DNA of 64,000 nt from Candidatus Eiseniibacteriota bacterium (GTDB lineage Bacteria > Eisenbacteria > RBG-16-71-46): NCBI GenBank assembly GCA_041483195.1, contig JBGPFC010000001.1:96001-160000 (forward strand). The letters are read 5' to 3'. Shown in pieces: positions 28,497 to 38,319 of this stretch (within the stretch, counting starts at the first letter, position 1; the number at the start of each line of letters is the position of its first letter). The position numbers were made by a program, and so were the translations under genes. Below the pieces are notes generated by a model. That model saw nothing but the letters and a program-made list of their open reading frames with translations. It ran no database searches and had not been told where the DNA came from.

Positions 28497-29126
28497 CTAG
28501 CTGCGCACCGCGACGGCCTCGTTCGTGGTGAACGTGAGCGCGGTGCCTTCCTTCAGCACCACCTGCCAGCCCTTGGTCTGTGACACGACGCCGGTCGCAG
28601 CCCCGCCGCCGATCAGCCCGCCGATGATCGTGCCCTTGTCCGAGCCGCCCACCGCATGGCCGAGGACCGCGCCGGCCACGGTGGCCGCTCCGATGGCGCC
28701 GAGATTCCGCGCCCGCGGCGATCCCGCGACGACGGACTCCATGCTGCCGCGAACGCGATAACTGCGGCCGCCGACCGTGATCGAACTCAGTCCGAGGTCG
28801 AGCATGGCGCGGTCGCCCTTGCGAGCCGGCTTGACCGACGTGACGGTGCCACTGACCGCGCTGCCGGCAGGGACGATGTTCCGGCCATCGAGAACCAACG
28901 CGTTCCGGGTCGACCCGGTCCACGCGTTGCCGACGCTCGCGGTTTCCGACGTGAGCGGGGTGGCGAGTGCGATTTCGATCGACGTGCCGGAAGGCAGGGT
29001 CAGATCGGCCACGCGGTTGGAGGACGTGTTGTTCGTGCCGTCCTGGGCACCCTGCTCGGTGCGACATCCCGAGAGCACAGTGGCCGCGACCAGCGCGACG
29101 CCGACGATGAAGTGTGCATGACGCAT
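28497..29126 (-). CDS. lipoprotein with glycine-zipper
   Basis: AAGGAG RBS; lipobox LSGC; GAVLGHAVGG..KGTIIGGLIGGG. Confidence 0.75.
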   Translation of the reverse strand: MRHAHFIVGVALVAATVLSGCRTEQGAQDGTNNTSSNRVADLTLPSGTSIEIALATPLTSETASVGNAWTGSTRNALVLDGRNIVPAGSAVSGTVTSVKPARKGDRAMLDLGLSSITVGGRSYRVRGSMESVVAGSPRARNLGAIGAATVAGAVLGHAVGGSDKGTIIGGLIGGGAATGVVSQTKGWQVVLKEGTALTFTTNEAVAVRS

Positions 29127-29225
29127 GGATGACTCCTTGGTTAATGAGGAGGCGCCGCCGGAGCGGCGACCTCCCCAGGGGTGATGAGCAAGGATCAAAT
29201 CGATCCGGGCTCGGGCTTCGAAACG

Positions 29226-30302
29226 TTACGGGGTGGGCATTACGACGGCGTTGCCGGCCAGCGTCACCGCGCCGATCCGTGCCAGTGCTCTGCCATTCAA
29301 CGACGCCCCGGTGTTCAGTGTGATCGACTGGTTCGCCATGATGGTGCCCTTGAAGACGGACGTCGTTCCAAGTGTCGCCGAGCTCCCCACCTGCCAGAAG
29401 ACGTTCGAAGCTTTGGCGCCACCGCTCAGGACCACGGCTCGGCCTGAGGTCGTGGTGAGCGTCGATGCCATCTGGAAGATGAAGACGGCATTCGCGTCGC
29501 CCTGGGCGTCGAGCGTGAGATCACCCGAGGAGATCGCGAGCGAGGACGTGGACTTGTAGAGACCCGGAGGCAGCGTCATCCCGCCGAGATTCCCGGCGAC
29601 GGTGACGGGTGCCAGCGTGCGTCCAGCGGCGTCGTTGTATGCGATGGTGAGATCCGCCAGGCCCGCGGCTGACGTGGGATCGCCCTTGTGCATCGCACCG
29701 GTCAGGGTTCCCGGCGGGAAGCCAGTCACGGCGGTTCCCGGGCTCACGCCCAGATCACCCGTCAGAGCGGTCGCACCCAAGTTGGTGACCGTCGAACCGG
29801 CCAGCACCACGAACGCTCCGGCCGCGCCTAGAGCCGGCGCAGCCTGATTGCTTGCCGACGCCGATGTCGTGAAGCTCCACGCATGGTTGATCGCGAGCGC
29901 ATTGCCGGCGACATCGGTGGCCCCGGTCGTGATCGTCGCGATATAGACCGTGCCGGCCGCGAGCGCACTCGTGGGCGTGAACATCGCGATGTCGCTAGAA
30001 GCATCGTAGGCAACGGTGCCGGTCACGAGCGTCGGGCCAGGACCGCTCACGGAGAAGCTGGACGCCGTGATCGTCGAGGCGCTCATCGCCTCGCTGAACG
30101 ATGCCGTGATGACCGCCACGCCGGTGGCGCCATCGATGGGGTTGGTGGAACTCACGGTCGGCGCGACAGTGTCTCCAACTGGCCCGCCGGGTCCGATGGG
30201 GTTCTTGGGAGACGAACCACAACCAACCATCGCGACCAGCAGTAGTGCGAGTGGCAACGCCGCGAAGAAGCTTGTTCGACGATCGAAGTGTGCATGACGC
30301 AT
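29226..30302 (-). CDS. ice-binding (DUF3494) lipoprotein with Ig-like (Big_5) domain
   Basis: Lipobox [21 protein letters not shown] Ig domain; [37 protein letters not shown]. Confidence 0.88.
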   Translation of the reverse strand: MRHAHFDRRTSFFAALPLALLLVAMVGCGSSPKNPIGPGGPVGDTVAPTVSSTNPIDGATGVAVITASFSEAMSASTITASSFSVSGPGPTLVTGTVAYDASSDIAMFTPTSALAAGTVYIATITTGATDVAGNALAINHAWSFTTSASASNQAAPALGAAGAFVVLAGSTVTNLGATALTGDLGVSPGTAVTGFPPGTLTGAMHKGDPTSAAGLADLTIAYNDAAGRTLAPVTVAGNLGGMTLPPGLYKSTSSLAISSGDLTLDAQGDANAVFIFQMASTLTTTSGRAVVLSGGAKASNVFWQVGSSATLGTTSVFKGTIMANQSITLNTGASLNGRALARIGAVTLAGNAVVMPTP

Positions 30303-30362
30303 CTGGTGACTCCTTATGTGAAAGCGAATTCGAGAGAACCGCGGTATCTCCGCAATCGGAGC

Positions 30363-30543
30363 AACCAAGCGCCAGTTTCGTGCCACGCGGGGGGCGGGAG
30401 CCGCGATTCCTCTTACCGCGCTGCTGGGGATCAACCTGGCGGTGCGGCTCGCAGCCGGAGTGCTGTGCCAGCGAACGAACATGCGGCCGTTGGCGAGGAA
30501 GATCCTTCAATCCCAGGAAGGAAGTTCAAACGAGCGTGAGTGC
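30363..30543 (-). repeat. regulatory block copy 1 (sigma54 promoter at 30371-30385 plus upstream conserved segment)
   Basis: TGGCACGAAACTGGC on the minus strand; inverted homologue of 32057-32236. Confidence 0.75.
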
Positions 30544-30688
30544 GGGAGAGGGAGATCTTGGGACGCCTCCCGAGCGCGGATGATTCCGCGTCGCAGGAGT
30601 CGATCCGCCGCTGGCCGTCGCGTTTGCACCCGGCGACTTCGGTGTCATATTTTCGGCGAGAGTTCTTCCTGGGCAGAGGATCCATGCG

Positions 30689-32032
30689 ATGCTCCGCGCA
30701 CTTCTAGTCGACGACGACAACGACTTTCTCTCCGGCCTGGCCGAGATCACGAAGCAGGAAGGCTTCGAGGTCGCGCTCGCGAGCTCGCTGACAGAGGCTC
30801 GGGAATGCATGGCCCGCGGGCCGGTAGACCTCGTGGTCGTCGATCTCATGCTGCCCGACGGGAAGGGGATCGGGCTGCTGAAGGAGCTGAAGGACACCAC
30901 GGGCTCCGACGTGATCATCGTCTCGGGCATGGCCACCGTGGATTCCGCGATCGAGGCGCTGCGGCTGGGCGCGCTCGACTACCTCACCAAGCCCCTCGAT
31001 CTCCGCCGCATGAAGGCCGTGCTCGCCAACGTGGTGCGGGTCCGTTCGCTCAAGGACGAGGTCGGCACGCTGCGCGGCGAGCTCCGAAAGCTGGGTCGCT
31101 TCGGCCAGCTGATCGGCGTCTCCCCGAGCATGCAGGCCGTGTACGATCTGATCGCCAGGGCCGCACCGACGGACGCGACGGTCTTCATCACCGGGAAGAG
31201 CGGCACGGGGAAGGAACTCGTCGCGCAGACGGTCTTCGAGTTGAGCGCCCGCCGCCACCGGCCCTTCCTTCCGCTCAACTGCGGGGCGATCCCCCCGACC
31301 CTGATCGAGAGCGAGCTGTTCGGCCACGAGCGGGGCAGCTTTACCGGTGCGACGCAGCTCCGGCGGGGCTACTTCGAGCGCGCGTCGGGCGGCACACTGT
31401 TCCTCGACGAGATCACCGAAATGCCGATCGAGCTCCAGGTCAAACTCCTGCGTGTGCTCGAGTCATCGACGCTGACGCGCGTCGGGGGCGAGGAGCCCAT
31501 CCGGGTGGACGTGCGTTTGATCGCCGCCACCAACCGCGTGCCGAAAGAAGCCGTGCAGGCCGGGAAACTGAGGGAGGACCTGTTCTACCGCTTGAACGTG
31601 TTCCCGATCGCCCTGCCCGAGCTGCGCGCACGTGGCGGGGATGTGCTCCTGCTGGCCGAGCGCTTCGTCGAGTCGCTCAATGCCGCCGCCGGAACGGCCA
31701 AGCGCCTGAGCGCCGCGGCGCGCGAGCGCATCCAGGCCCACCCGTGGCCGGGCAACGTGCGCGAGCTCAAGAACGAGCTGAATCGCGCGTTCATCATGTC
31801 CGAGGACAAGATCGAGCTCGGAGACTTGGAAGCCGGGGCCGCCCCTGATGCGACGATCCGGCCCGGTGCGAAGCAGCCTCCCGACATGGGGGCTTCGCTC
31901 GACGACGCGGAGCGCCAACACATCCTCGCCACGCTCGAGCACTGTGGCGGTGACAAGAAGAAGGCTGCCGAGATCCTCGGCATCAGCCTCAAGACGCTCT
32001 ACAACCGGCTCAACCAGTACGCGAGAGGCTGA
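30689..32032 (+). CDS. sigma54-dependent response regulator (NtrC/AtoC family)
   Basis: REC domain; GKSGTGKE; ESELFGHERGSFTGA; LFLDEI; WPGNVREL; Fis-type HTH. Confidence 0.95.
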   Translation: MLRALLVDDDNDFLSGLAEITKQEGFEVALASSLTEARECMARGPVDLVVVDLMLPDGKGIGLLKELKDTTGSDVIIVSGMATVDSAIEALRLGALDYLTKPLDLRRMKAVLANVVRVRSLKDEVGTLRGELRKLGRFGQLIGVSPSMQAVYDLIARAAPTDATVFITGKSGTGKELVAQTVFELSARRHRPFLPLNCGAIPPTLIESELFGHERGSFTGATQLRRGYFERASGGTLFLDEITEMPIELQVKLLRVLESSTLTRVGGEEPIRVDVRLIAATNRVPKEAVQAGKLREDLFYRLNVFPIALPELRARGGDVLLLAERFVESLNAAAGTAKRLSAAARERIQAHPWPGNVRELKNELNRAFIMSEDKIELGDLEAGAAPDATIRPGAKQPPDMGASLDDAERQHILATLEHCGGDKKKAAEILGISLKTLYNRLNQYARG

Positions 32033-32056
32033 GACTGTGGCCTTGCTCCCGCGCCA

Positions 32057-32236
32057 GCACTCCCGCTCGTTTGAACATCCTTCATTGGATTGAAGAATCT
32101 TCTTCGCCAGCGAAGACGTAGCCGCTCGTCGGGGTGGCGCTCCGGCGGCGCGCCGCACCACGAGATCGATGCTCAGCAACGCGTTACGAGCGAACGCGAC
32201 TCCCGCCCGCGCGTGGCACGAAACTGGCGATTGGTT
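32057..32236 (+). repeat. regulatory block copy 2 (sigma54 promoter at 32214-32228)
   Basis: TGGCACGAAACTGGC on the plus strand; shares CGCTCGTTTGAAC..CCTT..GATTGAAG.ATCTTC.TCGCCA with copy 1. Confidence 0.75.
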
Positions 32237-32242
32237 CAACGC

Positions 32243-32356
32243 ATGATCTCATCGACCCATCGTGCAATCACGGCGCTCCTGGTGCGGCTCGTCATCGGGA
32301 CCGTGGTGCTGGGGGCCTTGATCCTGATCGGCGTCGTGACCGCGCGGGCGAGCTGA
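32243..32356 (+). CDS. possible small single-TM peptide (37 aa)
   Basis: MISSTHRAITALLVRLVIGTVVLGALILIGVVTARAS; ATG near the predicted sigma54 +1, no RBS. Confidence 0.3.
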   Translation: MISSTHRAITALLVRLVIGTVVLGALILIGVVTARAS

Positions 32357-32477
32357 CCGACCAGCCGCTCCGTTGGCCCGAGCCGGTGAGTGCGGTTGTG
32401 GAAGAGGCCGCATCAGTCCAGACTCAGCAGCGTCATCGCTCGGATCGGCGAATCGAGACGCTTGGGGAGAATCGACC

Positions 32478-34361
32478 GTGGCTGAATCGTTATTCCAACG
32501 AAGGCTGATCGCGGTGTTGATCGTGGTCGGCCTGCTGGCCGTCATGAGCAGCGGAGCCACCCTGGTCGTGTCGAGGTTGATCGTCGCGAGGGTGGATAAG
32601 GTCGCGACCAGCCAGGCACGGGATCTGGCGGACAGCAGGCAGCTGCAGCTCAGCGGCATGCGGAAGATCCTGGACGCGCGTACCTGGGTCCTCACAGGCG
32701 ATCCGGGCTACGCCGTCGCCGCGACGTCGGGTAGCGCCGGGATGCGCGAGCAGATCGACCGTATGAGAGCCCGGCTCACGGGCACCCTGGGCGAGGCCTT
32801 CCTCGACCGAGTCGCGACCTCGGAACGCCTGCACCAGGAGAGGTTGGAGCGTGCCGTGCTCGCGGAGGTCTCTCCCGGCGGACGAAGGCCCTCTCTGGTC
32901 ACGGATTCCCTGGTCTCCCAGGGCACCATGCTCGGGCAGGCGATGGACGCCCTCGTGGCGCACATGGATGCCCTCACCCTCAGCGGACTCGAGGCCACCC
33001 GTAGCTCAGTGGCCCTCGCGCAGAAGATCCTGAACGCGATCACCTTCGCCACCATCCTGCTGGCCGTGATCTTCTGCGTCATGCTCATGCTGGTCCTCAA
33101 GAAGAGTCACCGGGTACAGGCGAGCGCGCGCACGACCGCCGAGGAGCGCCAGACCCGGACGACTCTCGCCCTCTCGGCTGCGGAGGAGGCGGGACACCTG
33201 AAGGACGAGTTCCTCGCCACCGTATCGCACGAGCTCCGCAATCCGCTGGCGCCGATCCTCACCTGGACGCAGCTGCTCCGGAGCGGCACGCTCGACAAGG
33301 AGAAGTCCGATCGGGCGCTGGAGGTGATCGAGCGGAACGTCAGGTCACAGGCTCAGCTGATCGACGACCTGGTCGACGTCTCGCGGGTGGTCTCGGGCAA
33401 GTTCCGGCTCGATGTGAGGCCGATCGAGCTGGCGTCGGTGATCAGGGCCGCGGCCGAATCGCAACGCCCCGCGAGCGAGGCCAAGCAGATCCGACTGCTG
33501 CTCGTGCTGGACGAGCGAGTGGGTCTCGTCTCGGGAGATTCGGAGCGACTGCAACAGGTGATGTGGAATCTCATCTCCAACGCGATCAAGTTCACCCCCA
33601 AAGGCGGCCGGGTGCAGGTCGTGCTGGGGCGTGCCGAGTCGCACGTGGAGGTGTCGGTGATCGACAGCGGCATCGGGATCGATGCCGCGTTTCTCCCCCA
33701 CGTCTTCGAACCGTTCCGGCAGGAGAAGGGCGGCTCGATGCGCCGCCATGGCGGCCTTGGACTGGGACTCTCGATCGTTCGCACGATCACCGAGCTGCAC
33801 GGAGGCGAGATCACCGCTCACAGCGAAGGGCTCGGGCTCGGCTCGAGTTTCATGGTCAAGCTTCCCATGCTGGCGACGAGCCCGTCGCTCGGCGAGACCT
33901 GGCGGAGGCATCCGATCGCCGGGGACGCAGTGGATCACGAAACGCTTCGACGACTCGATGGGATCCGCGTGCTGCTGGTGGACGACGAATCGAGCACGAA
34001 CGAGGCCGTTCAGGCCCTCCTCAGCTCGTGTGGCGCCGTGGTGCGGACCGCGAGCTCGGCCGCGGAGGCTCTCGGCGTGCTCGACCTGTGGGACGCCGAT
34101 GTGCTGGTCTCGGACATCGCGATGCCCGACGAGGACGGTTATGCTCTGATCCGCAAGGTCAGGGAGCGCGATGCCAGGCATGGTGGCGGCATCCCCGCGG
34201 TGGCGCTCACCGCTTATGCCAAGATCGGGGATCGGGTGAGCATCCTGGCCGCGGGATTCCAGATGTACCTCTCGAAGCCTGCGGATCCGACCGAGCTGGT
34301 GGCCGTGGTGGGCAGCCTCGCCTCCCGGCGCGGCGCGAACGGACACCTCAAAGACGCGTGA
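32478..34361 (+). CDS. membrane hybrid sensor histidine kinase/receiver
   Basis: 2 TM; FLATVSHELRNPL; NLISNAIKFTP; GGLGLGL; C-terminal REC domain. Confidence 0.92.
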   Translation: MAESLFQRRLIAVLIVVGLLAVMSSGATLVVSRLIVARVDKVATSQARDLADSRQLQLSGMRKILDARTWVLTGDPGYAVAATSGSAGMREQIDRMRARLTGTLGEAFLDRVATSERLHQERLERAVLAEVSPGGRRPSLVTDSLVSQGTMLGQAMDALVAHMDALTLSGLEATRSSVALAQKILNAITFATILLAVIFCVMLMLVLKKSHRVQASARTTAEERQTRTTLALSAAEEAGHLKDEFLATVSHELRNPLAPILTWTQLLRSGTLDKEKSDRALEVIERNVRSQAQLIDDLVDVSRVVSGKFRLDVRPIELASVIRAAAESQRPASEAKQIRLLLVLDERVGLVSGDSERLQQVMWNLISNAIKFTPKGGRVQVVLGRAESHVEVSVIDSGIGIDAAFLPHVFEPFRQEKGGSMRRHGGLGLGLSIVRTITELHGGEITAHSEGLGLGSSFMVKLPMLATSPSLGETWRRHPIAGDAVDHETLRRLDGIRVLLVDDESSTNEAVQALLSSCGAVVRTASSAAEALGVLDLWDADVLVSDIAMPDEDGYALIRKVRERDARHGGGIPAVALTAYAKIGDRVSILAAGFQMYLSKPADPTELVAVVGSLASRRGANGHLKDA

Positions 34362-34473
34362 GGCCCGCGGTCGCGAGCGCCCTCGAGCCGGCCGCCTGGG
34401 GCGGCGCCCGTAGTCTGGCTCCACGTGTAGCTCGACGACGCTCCAGGCGGCTGATCCGAATGGAGCTAGTGAG

Positions 34474-35178
34474 ATGAACGACTCGGCGGCCCCTGCGAAC
34501 GAATCCCCCCCACCATCTGACGATCGCCTCGCAGAACGCCTGCGCGGGTTCGGCCCGCTCGGAATCGCTGCGATGCTGGTCATCCTGCTCGTGGGGAATT
34601 ATCCCATCGCGCCGCTCAGCGCCGTGCTGGTGCTGCTGTGGGTGAGGTGGTCGCGCACGCCATGGCGCGAGATCGGCTACGTGCGGCCCAGGAGCTGGAT
34701 CGCCACGATCGCCCTCGGCATCGCGTTCGGCATCGCGTTCAAGTTCCTGATGAAGGCGGTCGTGATGCCGCTGCTGGGCGCGAATCCGATCAATTCCGCG
34801 TTCCACTACCTCGCGGGAAATCGCGCCGCGCTCCCGGGAGCGCTGTACGGGATGATCGTCGGTGCGGGTTTCGGAGAAGAGACGGTCTTTCGCGGCTACC
34901 TGTTCGAGCGCCTCGGCAAGCTGTTCGGAACCGGCGTGCGTGGCAAGGTGCTCACCGTGCTGCTCACGTCGGTGGGGTTTGCGCTGGGGCACTATTCGCT
35001 CCAGGGACTCGCCGGCGCGGAGCAGGCCATGATCACCGGGCTCGTGTTCGGAACGATCTTCGCGTTCACCGGCCGGATCTGGCTCCTGATGGTCGCGCAC
35101 GCCGCGTTCGACGTGACCGCGCTCGCGATGATCTACTGGAATCTGGAAACGCGGGTGGCTCACCTCGTCTTCAAGTAG
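34474..35178 (+). CDS. CPBP (Abi/CAAX) intramembrane metalloprotease
   Basis: EETVFRGY; FALGH; AHAAFD. Confidence 0.88.
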   Translation: MNDSAAPANESPPPSDDRLAERLRGFGPLGIAAMLVILLVGNYPIAPLSAVLVLLWVRWSRTPWREIGYVRPRSWIATIALGIAFGIAFKFLMKAVVMPLLGANPINSAFHYLAGNRAALPGALYGMIVGAGFGEETVFRGYLFERLGKLFGTGVRGKVLTVLLTSVGFALGHYSLQGLAGAEQAMITGLVFGTIFAFTGRIWLLMVAHAAFDVTALAMIYWNLETRVAHLVFK

Positions 35179-35231
35179 GCTGGGCCGCGATCCGCCGACA
35201 CCACACGCCGCATCGCCCGGGAGGAAGCTCG

Positions 35232-37169
35232 ATGTTCCGCTGGAGTCGCGGCCTTGTCCTCGTCGCCATCCTGTCTCTCTCCCACGCCGGCTCCGCGCGG
35301 TCCGCCGATGCCCCGCTCCCGAGCCCGCAGTTCGCGGGCGCGGACACGGTCGGCGCGCTGGTCGAAGCGTGGGCGCAGGCGGTGGGCGGATGGCGCAATC
35401 TCGGCGCGATCCGAAGCGCACACATCCAATCGCGCCTGACCGAGGACCGCATCCCGGGCACGAGCGAAGAATGGGTGGCCCGCGACGCGTATCGGAAGAC
35501 CGTCACCCAATGGCCCGATCACCGCGAGGAAGTCCGCATGGGGTCCGCGGGCTGGGCGAAGGACTGGAACCAGAAGGTCCGCGCGCTCGAAGGCCGCGAC
35601 CTGCGCGACCTCGTCACGCTCGCGTACCTCAAGTCGCTGCTCTACGCCGGATTCTCGATGGACTCGATCCGGGCCGCGGGCGCCCGCGCCGCGGGCGAGG
35701 ACAGCACCCATGCGTTCCAGGTGATCACGCTCTGCCCGGCGGGCGGGATCCCGCTCGATCTCTACATCGACAAGCAGACGTCTCGCCCGGCGCGGGCGGT
35801 GCGCAAGCCGTACGACGATGAGATCGCGCTCGCCTTCGACGACTGGCGCGAGGTTCGGGGCGTCGCGGTTCCCTATCGGGTGCGCGAGGAGACCGGCGAT
35901 GGATCGGGCTCGAACGCGACGACAATCGCGAGCGTCGAGCCGGGCGCGGACCTCCCCGCGTCACGCTTCGAGGCTCCGCGCGAGGGGGCGGCGGACTATC
36001 GATTCGCGCACGGACGCCGCGCGACCGGCATTCCGTTCAACTTCGAGAACGATCACATCATGATCGAGTGCAGCGTCAACGGCTCGAAGCCCATCTGGTT
36101 CATGCTCGACACCGGGGCCGGCGTGACGGTCATCAATTCGCTCCGGCTCCGCGAGTTCGGGCTCGAACCGTTCGGGGCGAGCGAAGTCATGGGCGGCGGC
36201 AATACCACCAGCTTCGCCTTCACGCGGGTCGGGAGCCTCAGGGTGGGCGGTGTCGAGCTGTTCCATCAGCGCGATGGCGTGATCGATCTCGGCGGACTCG
36301 AGCGCATCTACGGCATGCCGATCGGCGGAATCCTCGGATTCGACTTCGCGAGCCGGTTCGTCACCCGGGTCGACTATGGCACGAAGACGCTCGATCTCTA
36401 CGCGCCCGATGACTACGCCGATCCGGGTCGCGGCGAAAGGGTCCCGTTCGTCCTGGAGCAGCGTCATCCTCACGTGCGCGCCATGATCACCGTCCCGGAC
36501 GGGCCCCCGATCGCGGCGGACTTCGTCATCGACTCCGGCGCCTCCGAAACCGCCAATCTCACCGCGCCGTTCGTGAGGGCCAATCGCCTGCTCGAGCGCG
36601 CCCGCAGGACTCCGGCCGGCACGCCGCACACCATGCCGGGATCCGAGCGACAGTTCTTCGCGCAGACCACGGTCCGCGGGAAGCTCAGCTCGATCGTGCT
36701 CGGGGGCTTCACGCTCACCGAGATCCCCGTGAACCTGCAGCAGGGCTCGAGCGGCGTCTACGCGTCGGCGAGCTTCGCGGGAACGATCGGCGAGCGCATC
36801 CTGCAGCGATTCACGACGACCTACGATTACCCGCGCGGCGTGCTGGTGCTCGAGCCCAACGACGAATTCGCGAAGCCCTTCCCGCCGCGGACGACGTTCG
36901 GCGCGGCGCTGCTGGCTGAGGGAGCGGACTACACGACGTTCAAGGTGACCGGGGTCCGCAAGCATTCACCGGCCGCGGCGGCGGGCCTCGCGACCGGCGA
37001 CGTCATCGCGGCGATCGACGACAAGCCGGCGGCCGCGTGGCGCCTCGCGGGAGTGCGCGCCGCGCTGGCCGCGGACGGAACGAAGCACGTGCTCGACGTC
37101 GTGAGGAACGGCGGCGAGCAGGTTCGCCTCTCGTTCACCGTTCAGCTGGTCTCGATCGAGGACAACTGA
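35232..37169 (+). CDS. secreted aspartyl protease (double retropepsin-like) with PDZ domain
   Basis: Signal peptide; LDTGA and IDSGA; GILGFDF; C-terminal SPAAAAGL..GDVI.AID. Confidence 0.85.
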   Translation: MFRWSRGLVLVAILSLSHAGSARSADAPLPSPQFAGADTVGALVEAWAQAVGGWRNLGAIRSAHIQSRLTEDRIPGTSEEWVARDAYRKTVTQWPDHREEVRMGSAGWAKDWNQKVRALEGRDLRDLVTLAYLKSLLYAGFSMDSIRAAGARAAGEDSTHAFQVITLCPAGGIPLDLYIDKQTSRPARAVRKPYDDEIALAFDDWREVRGVAVPYRVREETGDGSGSNATTIASVEPGADLPASRFEAPREGAADYRFAHGRRATGIPFNFENDHIMIECSVNGSKPIWFMLDTGAGVTVINSLRLREFGLEPFGASEVMGGGNTTSFAFTRVGSLRVGGVELFHQRDGVIDLGGLERIYGMPIGGILGFDFASRFVTRVDYGTKTLDLYAPDDYADPGRGERVPFVLEQRHPHVRAMITVPDGPPIAADFVIDSGASETANLTAPFVRANRLLERARRTPAGTPHTMPGSERQFFAQTTVRGKLSSIVLGGFTLTEIPVNLQQGSSGVYASASFAGTIGERILQRFTTTYDYPRGVLVLEPNDEFAKPFPPRTTFGAALLAEGADYTTFKVTGVRKHSPAAAAGLATGDVIAAIDDKPAAAWRLAGVRAALAADGTKHVLDVVRNGGEQVRLSFTVQLVSIEDN

Positions 37170-37183
37170 GGCCACGGGGTATC

Positions 37184-37690
37184 TCAGACGCCCCGCTGCG
37201 GCACGCGGTCCCCCAGATGCCGCTCGAACTCGCCATCGAGCACCCGCCGCCGCTCCCGCCACATCGATCGCATCCGCCACTCGTCCGGCACGTGCTCGTA
37301 ACCGGGTGAGACCAGCGGCAGCGCACGCTCCACGGCGAGCAACACCACGCACTCGATCGAATACATCGTGCCTTCCTCGCGCGTGATGCGCTCGACGGCG
37401 TCGCGGAACACGGCGTCATCGCGGTGAATGCTGGCGCGGCCGAAGAACCGATAGCCGCGGCGAGAGAGCGCGTCGACGACGTTGAGCTCCATCCAGGGGT
37501 GCCGCTCGAGATTCGCGCGCGTGCCGGGCGATGCGATGTCGCAGAAGAAGATGTGATGATCGTCCCAGACCCGCACCGTCCCCTTGGGGGACAGATTCGG
37601 GCGGCCGTCGGCGGTGACCGTCGCGGCGAAGCACAGCCGTTGCGCCGCGATCAACGCACGCATGTCGGAGTCGATCGTCACGAGGCTCAT
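37184..37690 (-). CDS. pyridoxamine 5'-phosphate oxidase-like FMN-binding protein
   Basis: ATVTADGRPNLSPKG; SPGTRANL; RRGYRF.G. Confidence 0.85.
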   Translation of the reverse strand: MSLVTIDSDMRALIAAQRLCFAATVTADGRPNLSPKGTVRVWDDHHIFFCDIASPGTRANLERHPWMELNVVDALSRRGYRFFGRASIHRDDAVFRDAVERITREEGTMYSIECVVLLAVERALPLVSPGYEHVPDEWRMRSMWRERRRVLDGEFERHLGDRVPQRGV

Positions 37691-37754
37691 GGCATCGACC
37701 CTCCGCCGACCTCGACGTATCGCGAGCGGCCCGCGACGAGTTCCTCGCGTCCCG

Positions 37755-38195
37755 TCACGAGCCCGCGATCGCGAGGCCGAGGCCCTCGTCCTTCCAGCCC
37801 TCGATGCCGCCGAGCATCTTCTTCACGCGGCGGCCGAGGCGCGCGAGGCGAAGCGCGGCCCGATCGGCGCCGTTGCAGTGCGGCCCGCTGCAGTACACGA
37901 CGAACAGGGGGTCTCCCGCATACGGCTCGAGATTGCGTTCGTTGATGCGCGCGTGGGGCAGATTGAGCGCCCCCGGCACGTGGCCCGCCGCGTAGAGCGC
38001 CGGCGATCTCACGTCGAGCACCACGAATCCGGCCTCGCGCCGGCTCAGCGCATGGTTCACGTCCCAGCAGTCGGTTTCGTACGTGAGCAGCGATTCGAAA
38101 TGCCGCGCCGCCTCGGCGGGGTCGGCGACCCCCTGATCGAGCGAGCTGCCCACATGCGCCTCTGCCGGTGCCGCCACCTTCTCGAGTTCCGCCAT
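37755..38195 (-). CDS. rhodanese-like domain protein
   Basis: LDVRS..Y..GHVPGA; VYCSGPHCNGA; GGIEGW; divergent from ftrA. Confidence 0.9.
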   Translation of the reverse strand: MAELEKVAAPAEAHVGSSLDQGVADPAEAARHFESLLTYETDCWDVNHALSRREAGFVVLDVRSPALYAAGHVPGALNLPHARINERNLEPYAGDPLFVVYCSGPHCNGADRAALRLARLGRRVKKMLGGIEGWKDEGLGLAIAGS

Positions 38196-38319
38196 GACCC
38201 GTCTCCTTCTCGAGGACTTCGCCCGCAACCGATCGCGCGGCCTGACCACGCGAGAATCTTCGCAGAACGTCGGCAGTTCGGGGATAGGCAGGAATGACAT
38301 TGTGCGATAAGATTGCGCC

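Noticed and set aside
30363..32236. IS/transposon terminal inverted repeats
   Set aside because: The enclosed gene is a response regulator rather than a transposase, the repeats are diverged and contain sigma54 promoters, and no target-site duplication was seen
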